DNA from: Cyanophora paradoxa CCMP329
Taxonomy: Eukaryota; Plantae; Glaucophyta
Direction of reading: 5' to 3'
DNA length: 64,000 nt
Assembly: GCA_004431415.1 (NCBI GenBank)
Contig: QPMI01000103.1
Location: forward strand, 1 to 64,000
Of the stretch, positions 1-12,374 are shown piece after piece. Position 1 is the first letter of the stretch. The number at the start of each line of letters is the position of its first letter. Made by a program: the position numbers and the translations under genes. The notes under the pieces are model-generated. The model had not been told where the DNA came from, searched no databases, and saw only the letters and a program-made list of their open reading frames with translations.

Positions 1-317
1 TCGGGATTTGCGCTCTCAATGCGTAAATCGAGTTTTGCGCCGACGGAATGCGAACAAAGAAGACCGAAGCCGAGCGCCAGGCACGAAAGAGCTGAGCGAC
101 TCGCTAGCCGCGGAGCGGCGCGAGGCGAGCACGGGATAAGCAGCAGGCTGCAGCGAGCGTCCCGCAAGGAACTAGCTGAGCTAGCCGTTGGGCCGAGCCG
201 GCAGGCTTGAAGCCGCCGAGCTCCGGGGGGGTACGCTGATTCGGGGTTTCCCTTCACGCCCAGCTTCGCTCGCGGCCGCCCCAGGCCACGAAGCGACCAG
301 CGGCGAAGCGAAATCGC
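1..317 (+). repeat. Repeat A, copy 1
   Basis: Identical to 9757-10071 except for G-homopolymer length. Confidence 0.95.
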
Positions 318-939
318 CACAGCCAGCACTGCAATCACTCCTAAGCAGCCCTGTCGGACCGGCGGCCGCACTTCCCGGCCGTCCCTCCAATTGCACAGAG
401 CTGACCAATTCTGCAGCACCACGGCTCGCCATAGCTGCAGTGGAGCGCGATCCCGCGGCAGCAACTGCGCATGCCTCGATGGCTGGCCGGCGCAAACCCT
501 GTTCCCAGCGATCCTCCCGGAATCGGCCTCGGGCCCCGATTCACGCTTGAATCTGGTTCCTTACTGCCGTGCCGGTACGTGGATTCACGTCCGGGCCCGC
601 CCGCCACGCTCGCATCCCGCGCGCGCTGGCTATCCCGGGGGCCCACCGTCAGTCCGCGGCCGCCGGCTTGCCTATACACTCTATAAGCGTGTATTGAGAC
701 CCGCCGCGCGATTCCTCCGGATCCCTGACCAATTCCTGCGCGCATGCTCCGGAGCTCCTCGGCGCTCGCCCCGGACGTCGACACCGCCGCTGTGCCACGC
801 CGGCGGAGCTCGCGCAGGCCTGCCCCGGCCTGCTGGCGCGCGCGCTGCAGACCCACCGCGAAGTCGGGGCTTGGATCGTGCCTTACGCGTGATCCACCGA
901 CGGACGGTGCCCAGCCGCTCGCGCGGCTCGGGGAGGCGA

Positions 940-2560
940 CGGAGTACTAGTACGGCTCCCGCGTGCGCCTCGCGCTGCGGGGCGGCCCGCGTGCGCCTCG
1001 CGCTGTGGGCCCCGTACTCGGAGTTCGGAGGCCGCGCGCGACCTTCGCTGTGGCCCGATCCGCCCCGGCGGATTCCGGCCGCGACCACGGCCGGCGAACT
1101 TCCACCAGGAGCACGGATCTCGCGAGCGCCTCGCTGTGAGATGGGCCGCGTGCGCTCGGCGCTGTGGGCCCCGTGCAAGGAGTTCTGGGGCCGCGTGCGC
1201 CCCGCTGTGGCCCGGACCGCTCCAGCGGCACCGGCCGCTCCCGCGGCCGGCGAACTCCCAACCTGGCCTTCGAATTCGACTCCCGCGCGCGCCTCGCGCT
1301 GCGGGACGGCCCGCGTGCGCCTCGCGCTGTGGGCCCCCTACTCGGAGTTCGGAGGCCGCGCGCGACTCTCGCTGTGGCCCGCTCCGCCCCCCGGCGGATC
1401 CCGGCCGCGCCCGCGGCCGGCGAACTTCGACCAGGAGCACGGGTCTCGCGAGCGCCTCGCTGTGAGATGGGCCCGCGAGCGTTCGTCGCTGTGGACCCCC
1501 GTGCGCGGAGCTCGGGCCGCGTGCGCCTCGCTGTGGCCCCAGAGCTTCACCCCGGAGTACGGCTCTCGCGCGCGCCTCGATCGCTGCGAGACGGCGCCGG
1601 CCCGCGAGCGTGCGCGCTGTGGGCCCTGTACGTATATATATGTATATATATATACTCGGAGTTCGGAGGCCGCGCGCGACTCTCGCTGTGGCCCGATCCG
1701 CCCCGGCGGATCCCGGCCGCACCCGCGGCCGGCGAGCTTCCACCAGGTGCACGGATCTCGCGAGCGCCTCGCTGTGAGATGGGCCCGCGAGCGTTCGTCG
1801 CTGTGGGCCCCCGTGCGCGGAGCTCCGGGGCCGCGTGCGTCTCGCTGTGGCCCCAGAGCTTCACCCCGGAGTACGGCTCTCGCGTGCGCCTCGATCGCTG
1901 CGAGACGGCCCGCGAGCGTGCGCGCTGTGGGCCCTGTACTCGGGTTCGGAGGCCGCGCGCGACTCTCGCTGTGGCCCGATCCGCCCCGGCGGATTCCGGC
2001 CGCACCCGCGGCCGGCGAACTTCCACCAGGAGCACGGGCCTCGCGAGCGCCTCGCTGTGAGATGGGCCCGCGAGCGTTCGTCGCTGTGGGCCCCCGTGCG
2101 CGGAGCTCGGGCCGCGTGCGCCTCGCTGTGGCCCCAGAGCTTCACCCCGCGGCCGGATCCCGGAGTACGGCTCTCGTGCGCGCCTCGATCGCTGCGAGAC
2201 GGCGCCGGCCCGCGAGCGTGCGCGCTGTGGGCCCTGTACGTATATATATGTATATATATATACTCGAGCTCGGAGTTCGGAGGCCGCGCGCGACTCTCGC
2301 TGTGGCCCGATCCGCCCCGGCGGATCCCGGCCGCACCCGCGGCCGGCGAGCTTCCACCAGGTGCACGGATCTCGCGAGCGCCTCGCTGTGAGATGGGCCC
2401 GCGAGCGTTCGTCGCCGTGGGCCCCCGTGCGCGGAGCTCGGGCCGCGTGCGCCTCGCTGTGGCCCCAGAGCTTCACGTGCACGCCGGAGTACGGACCTCG
2501 CGTGCGTCCCGCTGCGAGACGGCCCGCGAGCGTGCGCGCTGCGGGCCCCGGACTCGGACT
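940..2560 (+). repeat. GC-rich tandem array, ~5 units of ~285-330 bp built from TCGCTGTGG(G)CCC sub-repeats
   Basis: The anchor GTTCGGAGGCCGCGCGCGAC recurs at ~1023, 1347, 1661, 1944 and 2275. Two units carry a (TA)n tract (1629-1655, 2237-2263). Confidence 0.9.
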
Positions 2561-2852
2561 CGGATCCGGATTCCGGAGTGCGTTACGCAGCAACTTACGC
2601 TGCGGACTACTAGGCTACAGCTCTCGCTGGCGCGCGCGCTGCGAGTATACGACGACTATACGTAGTCCGTACTGGTCGGCCCACTGCCACCGCTGGCCAT
2701 GGCGCGTCTCGAGCCTCGGAGCTCGCTGCGGACTAGCTAGCCGCTAGCGCTACTAGGCTATGGTAGCCTATAGCTATAGGTAGCGCTGCTGGCGCGACCG
2801 CTATTGCTACGTATATATACGTACAGCCTCGCGATCGATCGCGATCGCAGAG

Positions 2853-2948
2853 TGTTTTGTTTGTTTTTTGTTTTGGTCAATTCTAGTCGATTCAAGGATT
2901 GACTCGACCTTAAAACAAAAACAAAAACAAACAAAAACAAAAAACAAC
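2853..2948. other. AT-rich imperfect inverted repeat (hairpin/cruciform potential)
   Basis: A GTTTT-rich arm and an AAAAC-rich arm enclose GGTC…AGTCGATT-CAAG-GATTGACT…GACC. Confidence 0.6.
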
Positions 2949-3329
2949 GGACGTACCCGTTGTACCGGCCGGCGGCCGGAGCCGCCGGACCCGCGGTCCC
3001 GCGCGGGCCGCGCCGGCGCCGCGCGGTCTCACTGCCGCACTGCAGTGCCAGGCCGCTGAGGCGGTCACTTCCGGGGGATCCGCTGCCGCCGCTGCGGCGC
3101 CGCACGGCATGCGCAGTCTGCAGTGGCAGTACAGCCGCAGTGCCGCAGTGCGAGCTCGAGCCTCGAGTCAGCCGGCGCCCGCAGCTGCAGCTGCCAGGCT
3201 GGCGCTTCCGCTACCGCAGTGCTGCCGCTGCCCCAGTGGCGCGTTACGCTGCGGACTACGGTCCCCGCTTGCGCTCTAGATCTCGCTGCGAGTCGGCCTG
3301 CTGGCGACCTTCCGCGCATCCGCGCCGCG

Positions 3330-6300
3330 CCCTTGCGCAACCCCCGCACCGCCGCTCGGCTCGCCGCCGCCGCCGGACCTGCTTGCGCAGAGCGGGCCGG
3401 CCGCTGGCTCGCACGCAGCGCTCCCGGCTGGAGCCCAAGGCTCCACCAGGGTCCACCTCCGTCCCGAGGTCCGAAAACGACCTCGCGCGGCCCGCACCGC
3501 CGCGCCACCCGCCGCCGCGCCTGACCTGCTCGCGCAGGGCGGGCCGACCGCTGGCTCGCCTGCCGCGCTCCCCGGCTGGAGCCCAGGGCTCCACCTCCGT
3601 CCCGAGGTCCGAAAACGGCCTCGCGCGGCCCCGCACCGCCGCGCCACCCGCCGCCGCCGCCTGACCTGCTTGCGCAGGGCGGGCCGACCGCTGGCTCGCC
3701 TGCGGCGCTCTCCGGCTGGAGCCCAGGGCTCCGCCTCCGCCCCGAGGTCCGAAAACGGCCTCGCGCGGCCCCGCACCGCCGCGCCACCCGCCGCCGCACC
3801 TGACCTGCTTGCGCAGGGCGGGCCGACCGCTGGCTCGCCTGCGGCGCTCCCCGGCTGGAGCCCAGGGCTCCACCTCCGCCCGAGGTCCGTCACGGCCTTG
3901 CGCGGCCCCGCACCGCCGCTCGACCCGCCGCCGCCGCCTGACCTGCTTGCGCAGGGCGGGCCGGCCGCTGGCTCGCCTGCCGCGCTCTCCGGCTGGAGCC
4001 CAGGGCTCCACCTCCGCCAGAGGTCCGTCACGGCCTCGCGCGGCCCCGCGCTGCCACTCGAACCGCCGCCGCCGCCGGACCTGCTTGCGCAGAGCGGGCC
4101 GGCCGCTGGCTCGCACGCAGCGCTCCCGGCTGGAGCCCAAGGCTCCACCAGGGTCCACCTCCGTCCGAGGTCCGAAAACGACCTCGCGCGGCCCCGCACC
4201 GCCGCGCCACCCGCCGCCGCCGCCTGACCTGCTCGCGCAGGGCGGGCCGACCGCTGGCTCGCCTGCCGCGCTCCCCGGCTGGAGCCCAGGGCTCCACCTC
4301 CGTCCCGAGGTCCGAAAACGGCCTCGCGCGGCCCGCACCGCCGCGCCACCGCCGCCGCCGCCTGACCTGCTTGCGCAGGGCGGGCCGACCGCTGGCTCGC
4401 CTGCGGCGCTCTCCGGCTGGAGCCCAGGGCTCCGCCTCCGCCCCGAGGTCCGAAAACGGCCTCGCGCGGCCCCGCACCGCCGCGCCACCCGCCGCCGCCA
4501 CCTGACCTGCTTGCGCAGGGCGGGCCGACCGCTGGCTCGCCTGCGGCGCTCCCCGGCTGGAGCCCAGGGCTCCACCTCCGTCCCGAGGTCCGAAAACGGC
4601 CTCGCGCGGCCCCGCACCGCCGCGCCACCCGCCGCCGCCGCCTGACCTGCTTGCGCAGGGCGGGCCGACCGCTGGCTCGCCTGCGGCGCTCCCGGCTGGA
4701 GCCAAGGGCTCCGCCTCCGCCCGAGGTCCGTCACGGCCTCGCGCGGCCCCCGCGCCGCCGCTCGACCCGCCGCCGCCGCCTGACCTGCTTGCGCAGGGCG
4801 GGCCGGCCGCTGGCTCGCCTGCCGCGCTCTCCGGCTGGAGCCCAGGGCTCCACCTCCGCCCAGAGGTCCGTCACGGCCTCGCGCGGCCCCGCGCTGCCAC
4901 TCGAACCGCCGCCGCCGCCTGACCTGCTTGCGCAGGGCGGGCCGACCGCTGGCTCGCCTGCGGCGCTCCCCGTCTGGAGCCCAGGGCTCCACCTCCGCCC
5001 CGAGGTCCGAAAACGACCTCGCGCGGCCCCGCACCGCCGCGCCACCCGCCGCCGCCGCCTGACCTACGGGTGCAGGGCGGGCCGACCGCTGGCTCGCCTG
5101 CGGCGCTCTCCGGCTGGAGCCCAGGGCTCCGCCTCCGCCCCGAGGTCCGTCACGGCCTCGCGCGGCCCCCGCGCCGCCGCTCGACCCGCCGCCGCCGCCT
5201 GACCTGCTGGCGCAGGGCGGGCCGGCCGCTGGCTCGCCTGCCGCGCTCTCCGGCTGGAGCCCAGGGCTCCACCGCTGCCCCGAGGTCCGTCACGGCCTCG
5301 CGCGGCCCCGCACCGCCGCTCGACCCGCCGCCGCCGCCTGACCTGCTTGCGCAGGGCGGGCCGGCCGCTGGCTCGCCTGCCGCGCTCTCCGGCTGGAGCC
5401 CAGGGCTCCACCGCTGCCCCGAGGTCCGTCACGGCCTCGCGCGGCCCCGCACCGCCGCTCAACCCGCCACCGTGGCACCGCCGCCTGAACTGCTTGCGCA
5501 GGGCGGGCCGGCCGCTGGCTTGCCTGCGGCGCTCCCCGGCTGGAGCCCAGGGCTCCACCTCCGCCCCGAGGTCCGAAAACGACCTCGCGCGGCCCCGCAC
5601 TGCCGCTCGACCAGCCGCCGCCGAAAAACCTGCTTGCGCAGGGCGGGCCGGCCGCTGGCTCGCATACAGCGCTCCCCGGCTGGAGCCCAGGGCTCCACCT
5701 CCGCCCCGAGGTCCGTCACGGCTTCGCGCGACCCCGCGCCGCCGCTCGACACGCCGCTGCCGCCTGACCTGCTTGCGCAGGGCGGGCCGGCCGCTGGCTC
5801 GCATGCAGCGCCCCCCGGCTGGAGCCCAGGGCTCCACCTCCGCCCCGAGGTCCGTCACGGCCTCGCGCGGCCCCGCGCTGCTGCTCGACCCGCCGCCGCT
5901 GCATAACCTGCCTGCGCAGGGCCGGCCGCTGGCGCGCATGCAGCGCTCCTCGGCTGGAGCCCAGGGCTCCACCGCTGCCCCGAGGTCCGCCACGGCCTCG
6001 CGCGCCCCTGTGCTGCCGCTCGACCCGCCGCCGCCGCATAACCTGCTTGCGCAGGGCGGGCAGGGTGCTGGCTCGTCCGTAGCGCTCCCCGGCTGGAGCT
6101 CAAGGCGCCACCGCCTCCCCGAGGTCCGTCTCGGCCTCGCCCAGCCCCGCGCTGCCGCTCGACTCGCCGCCGCCGCATACCCTGCTTGCGCAGGGCGGGC
6201 TGGCCGCTGGCTCGTATGCAACGCTTCCTGGACGGAGCTCAGGGCTCCACCTCCGCCCCGAGGTCAGTCACGGCCTCGAGCGGCCCCGCGCTGCTGCTCG

Positions 6301-8800
6301 ACCCGCCGCCGCCGCATCACCTGCTTGCGCAGGGCGGGCCGGCCGCTGGCTCGCCTGCAGCGCTCCCCGGCTGGAGCTCAAGGCGCCACCGCCGCCCCGA
6401 GGTCCGTCACGGCCTCGCGCGGCCCCGGGCTGCCGCTCGACCCGCCGCCGCCGCATACCCTGCTTGCGCAGGGCGGGCCGGCCGCTGGCTCGCCTGCGGC
6501 GCTCCCCGGCTGGAGCCCAGGGCCCCACCTGCGCCCCGAGGTCCGTCACGGCCTCGCGCGGCCCCGCGCTGCAGCTCGGCGTACCGCCACTGCCTGACCT
6601 GCCTGCGCAGGGCGGGCCGGCCGCTGGCTCGCATGCAGCGCTTCCCGGCTGGAGCCCAGGGCCCCACCTCCGCCCCGCTGCCCGTCACGGCCTCGCGCGG
6701 CCCGCGCTGCCGCTCGTCCCGCCACCGCCGCGTAATCTGCCTGCGCAGGGCGGGCCGGCCGCTTGCTCGCATGCAGCGCTCCCTGGCCGAGGCCCAGGGC
6801 TCCACCTCCGCCCCGAGGTACGTTCACGGCCTCATGCGGCCCTGCACCACCACTCGTCCCGCCGCTGCCGCGTAACCTGCTTGCGCAGAGCGGGCCGGCC
6901 GCTGGCTTGCATACAGCGCTCCCCGGCTGGAGCCCAGGGCGCTACCTCCGCCCGAGGTCCGTCACGGTCTCGCGCGGCCCGCGCTGCCGCTCGACCCACC
7001 GCCGCCGCATAACCTGCTTGCGCAGGGCGGGCCGGCCGCTGGCGCGCATGCAGCGCTCCCCGGCTGGAGCCCAGGGCTCCACCGCTGCCCCGAGGTCCGT
7101 CACGGCCTCGCGCGGCCCCGCGCTGCAGCTCGGCGTACCGCCACTGCCTGACCCGCTGGCGCAGGACGGGCCGGCCGCTGGCTCGTCCGCCGCGCTCTCC
7201 GGATGGAGCCCAAGGCCCCACCGCCGCCCCGAAGTCCTTCACGGCCTCGCGCGGCCCCCGCGCCGCCGCTCGATCCGCCGCCGCCGCCTGACCGGCTTGC
7301 GCAGGGCGGGCCAGCCGCTGGCTCGCCTGCCGCGCTCTCCGGCTGGAGCCCTACGGCTCCACCTCCGCCCCGAGGTCCGAAACCGACCTCGCGCGGCCCC
7401 GCACCGCCGCGCCACCCGCCGCCGCCGCCTGACCGCTTGCGCAGGGCGGGCCGACCGCTGGCTCGCCTGCGGCGCTCTCCGGCTGGAGCCCAGGGCTCCG
7501 CCTCCGCCCCGAGGTCTGTCACGGCCTTGCGCGGCCCCCGCACCGCCGCTCGACCCGCCGCCGCCGCCTGACCTGCTTGCGCAGGGCGGGCCGGCCGCTG
7601 GCTCGCCTGCGGCGCTCTCCGGCTGGAGCCCAGGGCTCCGCCTCCGCCCCGAGGTCCGTCACGGCCTTGCGCGGGTCCCGCGCCGCCGCTCGACCCGCCG
7701 CCGCCGCCTGACCTGCTTGCGCAGGGCGGGCCGGCCGCTGGCTCGCCTGCCGCGCTCTCCGGCTGGAGCCCAGGGCTCCACCGCTGCCCGAGGTCCTCAC
7801 GGCCTCGCGCGGCCCCGCGCCGCCGCTCGGCTCACCGCCGCCGCCTCGCCTGCTTGCGCAGGGCGGGCCGGCCCCTGGCTCGCCCGCAAGGCCCCCTGGC
7901 TGAAGCTCCAGGCCCCGCGCTACACCGAGGTCTACTGCGACCTCGCGTGGTCCCGCGCCACCGCTCGGCTCGCTGCCGCCGCCCGACCTGCTTGCGCAGG
8001 GCGGGCCGGCCGCTGGCTCGCCCGCAGCGCCTCCTACTGGAGCTCAAAAGCTCCGCCGCCGCCCCAAGGTCCGTGGCGACCTCGCGTGGCCCCATGCCAC
8101 AGCTCGGCCCGCCGCCGCCGCCTGACCTGCGTACGCAAGGCGGACCGGCCTCCGGCATGCCCGCGGCGCTCCCCGGCTGGAGCTCGAGGCTCCACCACCT
8201 CCCCGAGGTCTGAAGCGACCTCGCGCGGCCCACACTACCGCTCGACCCGCTGCCGTCGCTCCCCCAGCTTGCGTAGGGCGGGCCGGCCTCTAGCTCGCCC
8301 GCGACGCTTCCTGACTGGAGCTCAAGGCTCCACCCCCGCCCCGAGGTCTGCAGCGACCCCGCGCGTCCCCGCGCCGCCACTGAACTCGCCGCCGCCGCAT
8401 AACCTGCTTGCGCAGGGCGGGCCGGCCTCTGGCTCGCCAGCAGAGCTCTCCTGCTGGAGCTCATGGCCCCACCACCGCCCCGAGGTCCGCAACGCCCTTG
8501 CGCGGCCCCAAGCCGCCGCCGCCTCGCCTGCTGGCGCAGGGTGGGCTGACCGCTGGCTCGCCCGCGGTGCCGTTCCACGGGCGCTCCAGGCCCTGAGGCC
8601 CCGCGACCGCTCCCGCGGTCTTACGCGGCCCCCACGACTCCGCGCGGCGCGCTTCCGCCGCCTAACCTGCTTGCACAGGGCAGGACGGTGGTGGGCTCGC
8701 TTTCGGTGCTCACCGGCTGGGATGGCGTTCGATTCCGCCGCGGCCCCGAGGTCCGCAACGGCCTCGCGCGACTTCACGCCGACGCGCAGGGCGACCGCCT
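3330..8800 (+). repeat. ~140-bp GC-rich tandem array, roughly 39 copies
   Basis: The unit CCTGACCTGCTTGCGCAGGGCGGGCCG…GGAGCCCAGGGCTCC…CCGAGGTCCG… recurs at 3520, 3660, 3799, 3937 and onward. Copies degenerate beyond ~7800. Confidence 0.95.
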
Positions 8801-9198
8801 TGCCCGCCCCCCACCCGTAAGCGCGCCCCTGGCCCGCACCGCCCAGCATGACTTGTCGGCGGCGGGGATCTGGCGGCGCAACTATCAAGCGCCGCCCCGG
8901 TTCGTCGACTGTCCCACAGGGGTACGGCGAGAACCCCCCAGCCTTCTGTGCCGGCTCGTTACCTCGGGCGTCTTGGCCTGCCCCGGCCCCATGTTGTTTG
9001 TCCGAATTCACGCTCTCTGCCCGTTCCTCCTACAGCGCAGTGCGCTGGGAGAGGGAGACCTAGCGTCTGGGACACGGGGGGTGGCAGGGGAAGGAGGAAG
9101 GAGAGGGGGGGAAGGGGGGAGGGCGAAACAACCTTCGCCCTCTTGCTCACTTTGTTCCTATGTATGCTATTCTGGCTGGCTGTGACCTGACTCTTGTT

Positions 9199-9756
9199 TG
9201 GTAGGGGGTACTGCATTCGTGCTGCGTTCGCTACGCTCACCCCCGCGGCCTCCGGCGGCGGTACCCGGCTTCGGATCCCCGAACCCGGAAGAAACCGCGT
9301 ACCCCTCCCGGGGTACGCCGTTCGCCCCAACCGGCCCCACAAGGCGCGGCCCGAGGCCGAACGCATACCCCGGAGAGGGGTACGGCGTCAGAGCGGCCCC
9401 GATCAAGTGTACCCCCGAGCGGGGTACCCCGATCGGCCCGCGACGGCCCCGAGCGGAGTACCCCGAGCGGGGTACACCGTCTCGGCCCGCAACGGCCCTC
9501 CCCGGGGTACAGGCGCCTAGCGCGCTTACCCCGGAGAGTTCTTGTTCCGGAACTCGCAAGGGCGAGGCCGGAATGGCATACGGCGATCCGCCCTGGTCGA
9601 TCGCCAACGTATTATGATACGTGGTTCCCGGGAAAGCAGCCATATAGAGCTGCCGTACCTCAGGGCCCAACCGATGCGCTATCCCGTGCATCTAGCTAAG
9701 TAGTGCCAGGCGTAAGATAGCTAGGTCTTCTGCATTCGAATGAAGCGAGGCGTAAA
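9199..9756 (+). repeat. Repeat B, copy 1
   Basis: TGGTAGGGGGTACTGC…GAGGCGTAAA, near-identical to 10741-11301. Confidence 0.95.
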
Positions 9757-10071
9757 TCGGGATTTGCGCTCTCAATGCGTAAATCGAGTTTTGCGCCGAC
9801 GGAATGCGAACAAAGAAGACCGAAGCCGAGCGCCAGGCACGAAAGAGCTGAGCGACTCGCTAGCCGCGGAGCGGCGCGAGGCGAGCACGGGATAAGCAGC
9901 AGGCTGCAGCGAGCGTCCCGCAAGGAACTAGCTGAGCTAGCCGTTGGGCCGAGCCGGCAGGCTTGAAGCCGCCGAGCTCCGGGGGGTACGCTGATTCGGG
10001 TTTCCCTTCACGCCCAGCTTCGCTCGCGGCCGCCCCAGGCCACGAAGCGACCAGCGGCGAAGCGAAATCGC
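9757..10071 (+). repeat. Repeat A, copy 2
   Basis: Matches 1-317. Confidence 0.95.
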
Positions 10072-10740
10072 TCCCGCCCACCTCCCCGCGATTTTTCCTT
10101 CCGGGGCGCCGATCCTCGCCACCCAGCGAGCCCCGGCACCGCGAAAAGTTCGCGCGAAAAGGCGATGCACACGGCGACCAGCGCCAGCGTTCGCCGAGGG
10201 TATTATAATACGTGGTTCCTTGCCGTCTCCTGTGCACACGGTTCCGGATGTTACTCCCGCTCGGTGCCGACCACCAGCGCGGACGTGGTTGTGCACAGCT
10301 GATCCGTGGTAATTTGCAATGGTTCCGTCGAAGATTCGGGCACGAACCGCGCAGACTCGGTGTACCGGTCGTCATTCGTGTTTCCACGCGCGTCCGCTGG
10401 ACCCACTTGTGCCGGCGCCGGGCCGGGGTCCAGCGCGCCCCCAAGAAACAGTCGCGCGGCTTCGTGGAGAATCTCGAGTTTTTCCCGCTGGGTTGTACCC
10501 TGTTTTCCTCTGGACCCGCGGGTGCCGAGCCGGGGTCCAGCGCGCATGACCGTTACGCGGTTTTGTTTTTCCCGCGGTAACTTAGTAACTTGCTGGTTTT
10601 TGAGTCTACCGCCCCGGCGCGGGGGGAGACTTCGCGCATGATTCGGAACCCTGTTGGTTTTTGGATGAGCCGCGGTTGTCGTATGTTGTACGACTCCTTG
10701 GTCTCATGGTCGTCTGCGGACGACGGGCACGCTACGCGTG

Positions 10741-11301
10741 TGGTAGGGGGTACTGCATTCGTGCTGCGTTCGCTACGCTCACCCCCGCGGCCTCCGGCGG
10801 CGGTACCCGGCTTCGGATCCCCGAACCCGGAAGAAACCGCGTACCCCTCCCCGGGGTACGCCGTTCGCCCCAACCGGCCCCACAAGGCGCGGCCCGAGGC
10901 CGAACGCATACCCCGGAGAGGGGTACGGCGTCAGAGCGGCCCCGATCAAGTGTACCCCCGAGCGGGGTACCCCGATCGGCCCCGCGACGGCCCCGAGCGG
11001 AGTACCCCCGAGCGGGGTACACCGTCTCGGCCCGCAACGGCCCTCCCCGGGGTACAGGCGCCTAGCGCGCTTACCCCGGAGAGTTCTTGTTCCGGAACTC
11101 GCAAGGGCGAGGCCGGAATGGCATACGGCGATCCGCCCTGGTCGATCGCCAACGTATTATGATACGTGGTTCCCGGGAAAGCAGCCATATAGAGCTGCCG
11201 TACCTCAGGGCCCAACCGATGCGCTATCCCGTGCATCTAGCTAAGTAGTGCCAGGCGTAAGATAGCTAGGTCTTCTGCATTCGAATGAAGCGAGGCGTAA
11301 A
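10741..11301 (+). repeat. Repeat B, copy 2 (right end of the split-repeat element)
   Basis: Matches 9199-9756. The match stops after CGTAAA at 11301. Confidence 0.95.
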
Positions 11302-12374
11302 CGCCGAGTCGGTCCCCGAGGCCACCGCCGCCGAGGCTCCGGCGGACCCCGCCGCTGGCGTGGGCTGCTGCCTCGGGTACTCTTCGGGGGCCGAGACCGT
11401 TGCGAGCCTCGAGGTGACCGACGACGGTGCCTCGCTGGCTGACGAGGACATGGCCGTAGCGGCCAAGGAGACCCTGCGCCTCAACCGCGCTCGCCTCCTC
11501 GCCGCTAGCTCCGGCCTCGACCTCACTCACTTTGGAGCCGTTGAGCTCGGCCCGGAGAAGGGCCGCGAGCACGAGCTGGGGCCCGTTCCTCTCTGGAACG
11601 TGGACGCGCACAGGCTGAAGGGCGCCGCGTCGGTCCCGCTTGACCGCGCGGCATTCCTGTACCCGGCGCCGTGCGAGACTCACTGCGGCTGCACCGTTAG
11701 CGAGGGGCTGATCGAGGTCCGGGACGAGCAGTGGTATGCCACTGCGTTCCGCTGCCCGGCCCGCACCCGCCAGACGCTCTCCTTCTTGCTTGCGGCGTTC
11801 TCTCAGCCGCTCGCCACCGAGAGCACGTACCTCGACTCGCGGGCCCTCCCCACTGCGTTCCTGCAGATGCTGGGGCATGACCCACTGTCCCAGGACACGC
11901 TGGCTCACGCCTGGCCGACGCACTATTATGAAATCATGAGCCTCACGCACCAGGCCTCTCGCGTCGCCGCGAAGTGGGCCGGGGGCCACGCGTGGCCGCA
12001 CGCCGAGGGCCTCACGCCCGAGGGTCGCCCCGCTGTCGAACCCGACGCCCACAAGCTTACGAAGCTTGGGGACGAGTGCGTCGCCACCGCCGGCTGGCTG
12101 GAGCCGTACCGCCGCCACTGGAGCATTGGCCAGCACTCGCCCGTGGCGGCCTCTCTCGAGCCGCACGAGATGACGGTGTCAGGCCGCCGCCAGCTGATCG
12201 AGCTGAGCGAGCTGTTGCCGGCACAGGACCGCCTCCGCCTTGCGTGCGCCGCGACCGTCGCGGGCTATTTCCTGCACCGCGTCGACTACGGTGCCCCGGG
12301 CACCGCCGGCGCCGTCGAGAAGATCCTCGGCCGCTTCTTTAAGTTCGCCGAGCCGCTCATGGTCGACTCGCGGG
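11302..12374 (+). pseudogene. Interrupted coding fragment (~357 codons) of an unknown protein
   Basis: Open frame with globular-protein composition and G/C-ending codons. The track ORF 11285..12442 takes its ATG from repeat B2 and its stop from the downstream LTR. Confidence 0.55.

Larger units (their letters stand above)
1..11301. mobile_element. Non-autonomous split-direct-repeat element (A1...B1-A2-C-B2; TOC1/PAT-like layout of tyrosine-recombinase retrotransposons)
   Basis: 1-317 is repeated at 9757-10071 (A) and 9199-9756 is repeated at 10741-11301 (B). B1 abuts A2 directly (…GCGTAAA|TCGGGATTTG…), and a unique ~670-bp C segment separates A2 from B2. There are no TG...CA ends and no recognisable coding domain inside. 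The left flank lies outside the window. Confidence 0.65.

Noticed and set aside
631-660. TATCCCGGGG as a third TATCC-type terminus
   Set aside because: No matching inverted end or subterminal repeat array was found.
391-8820. Long ORFs of 300-685 aa in several frames on both strands
   Set aside because: They are Ala/Arg/Pro/Gly-rich translations of stop-poor GC tandem repeats, open in several frames at once, with no domain motifs.
9199-11301. TRIM/LTR element bounded by the two B repeats
   Set aside because: There are no TG...CA ends, TSD, PBS or PPT. The A repeat shared with position 1 favours a split-repeat layout.
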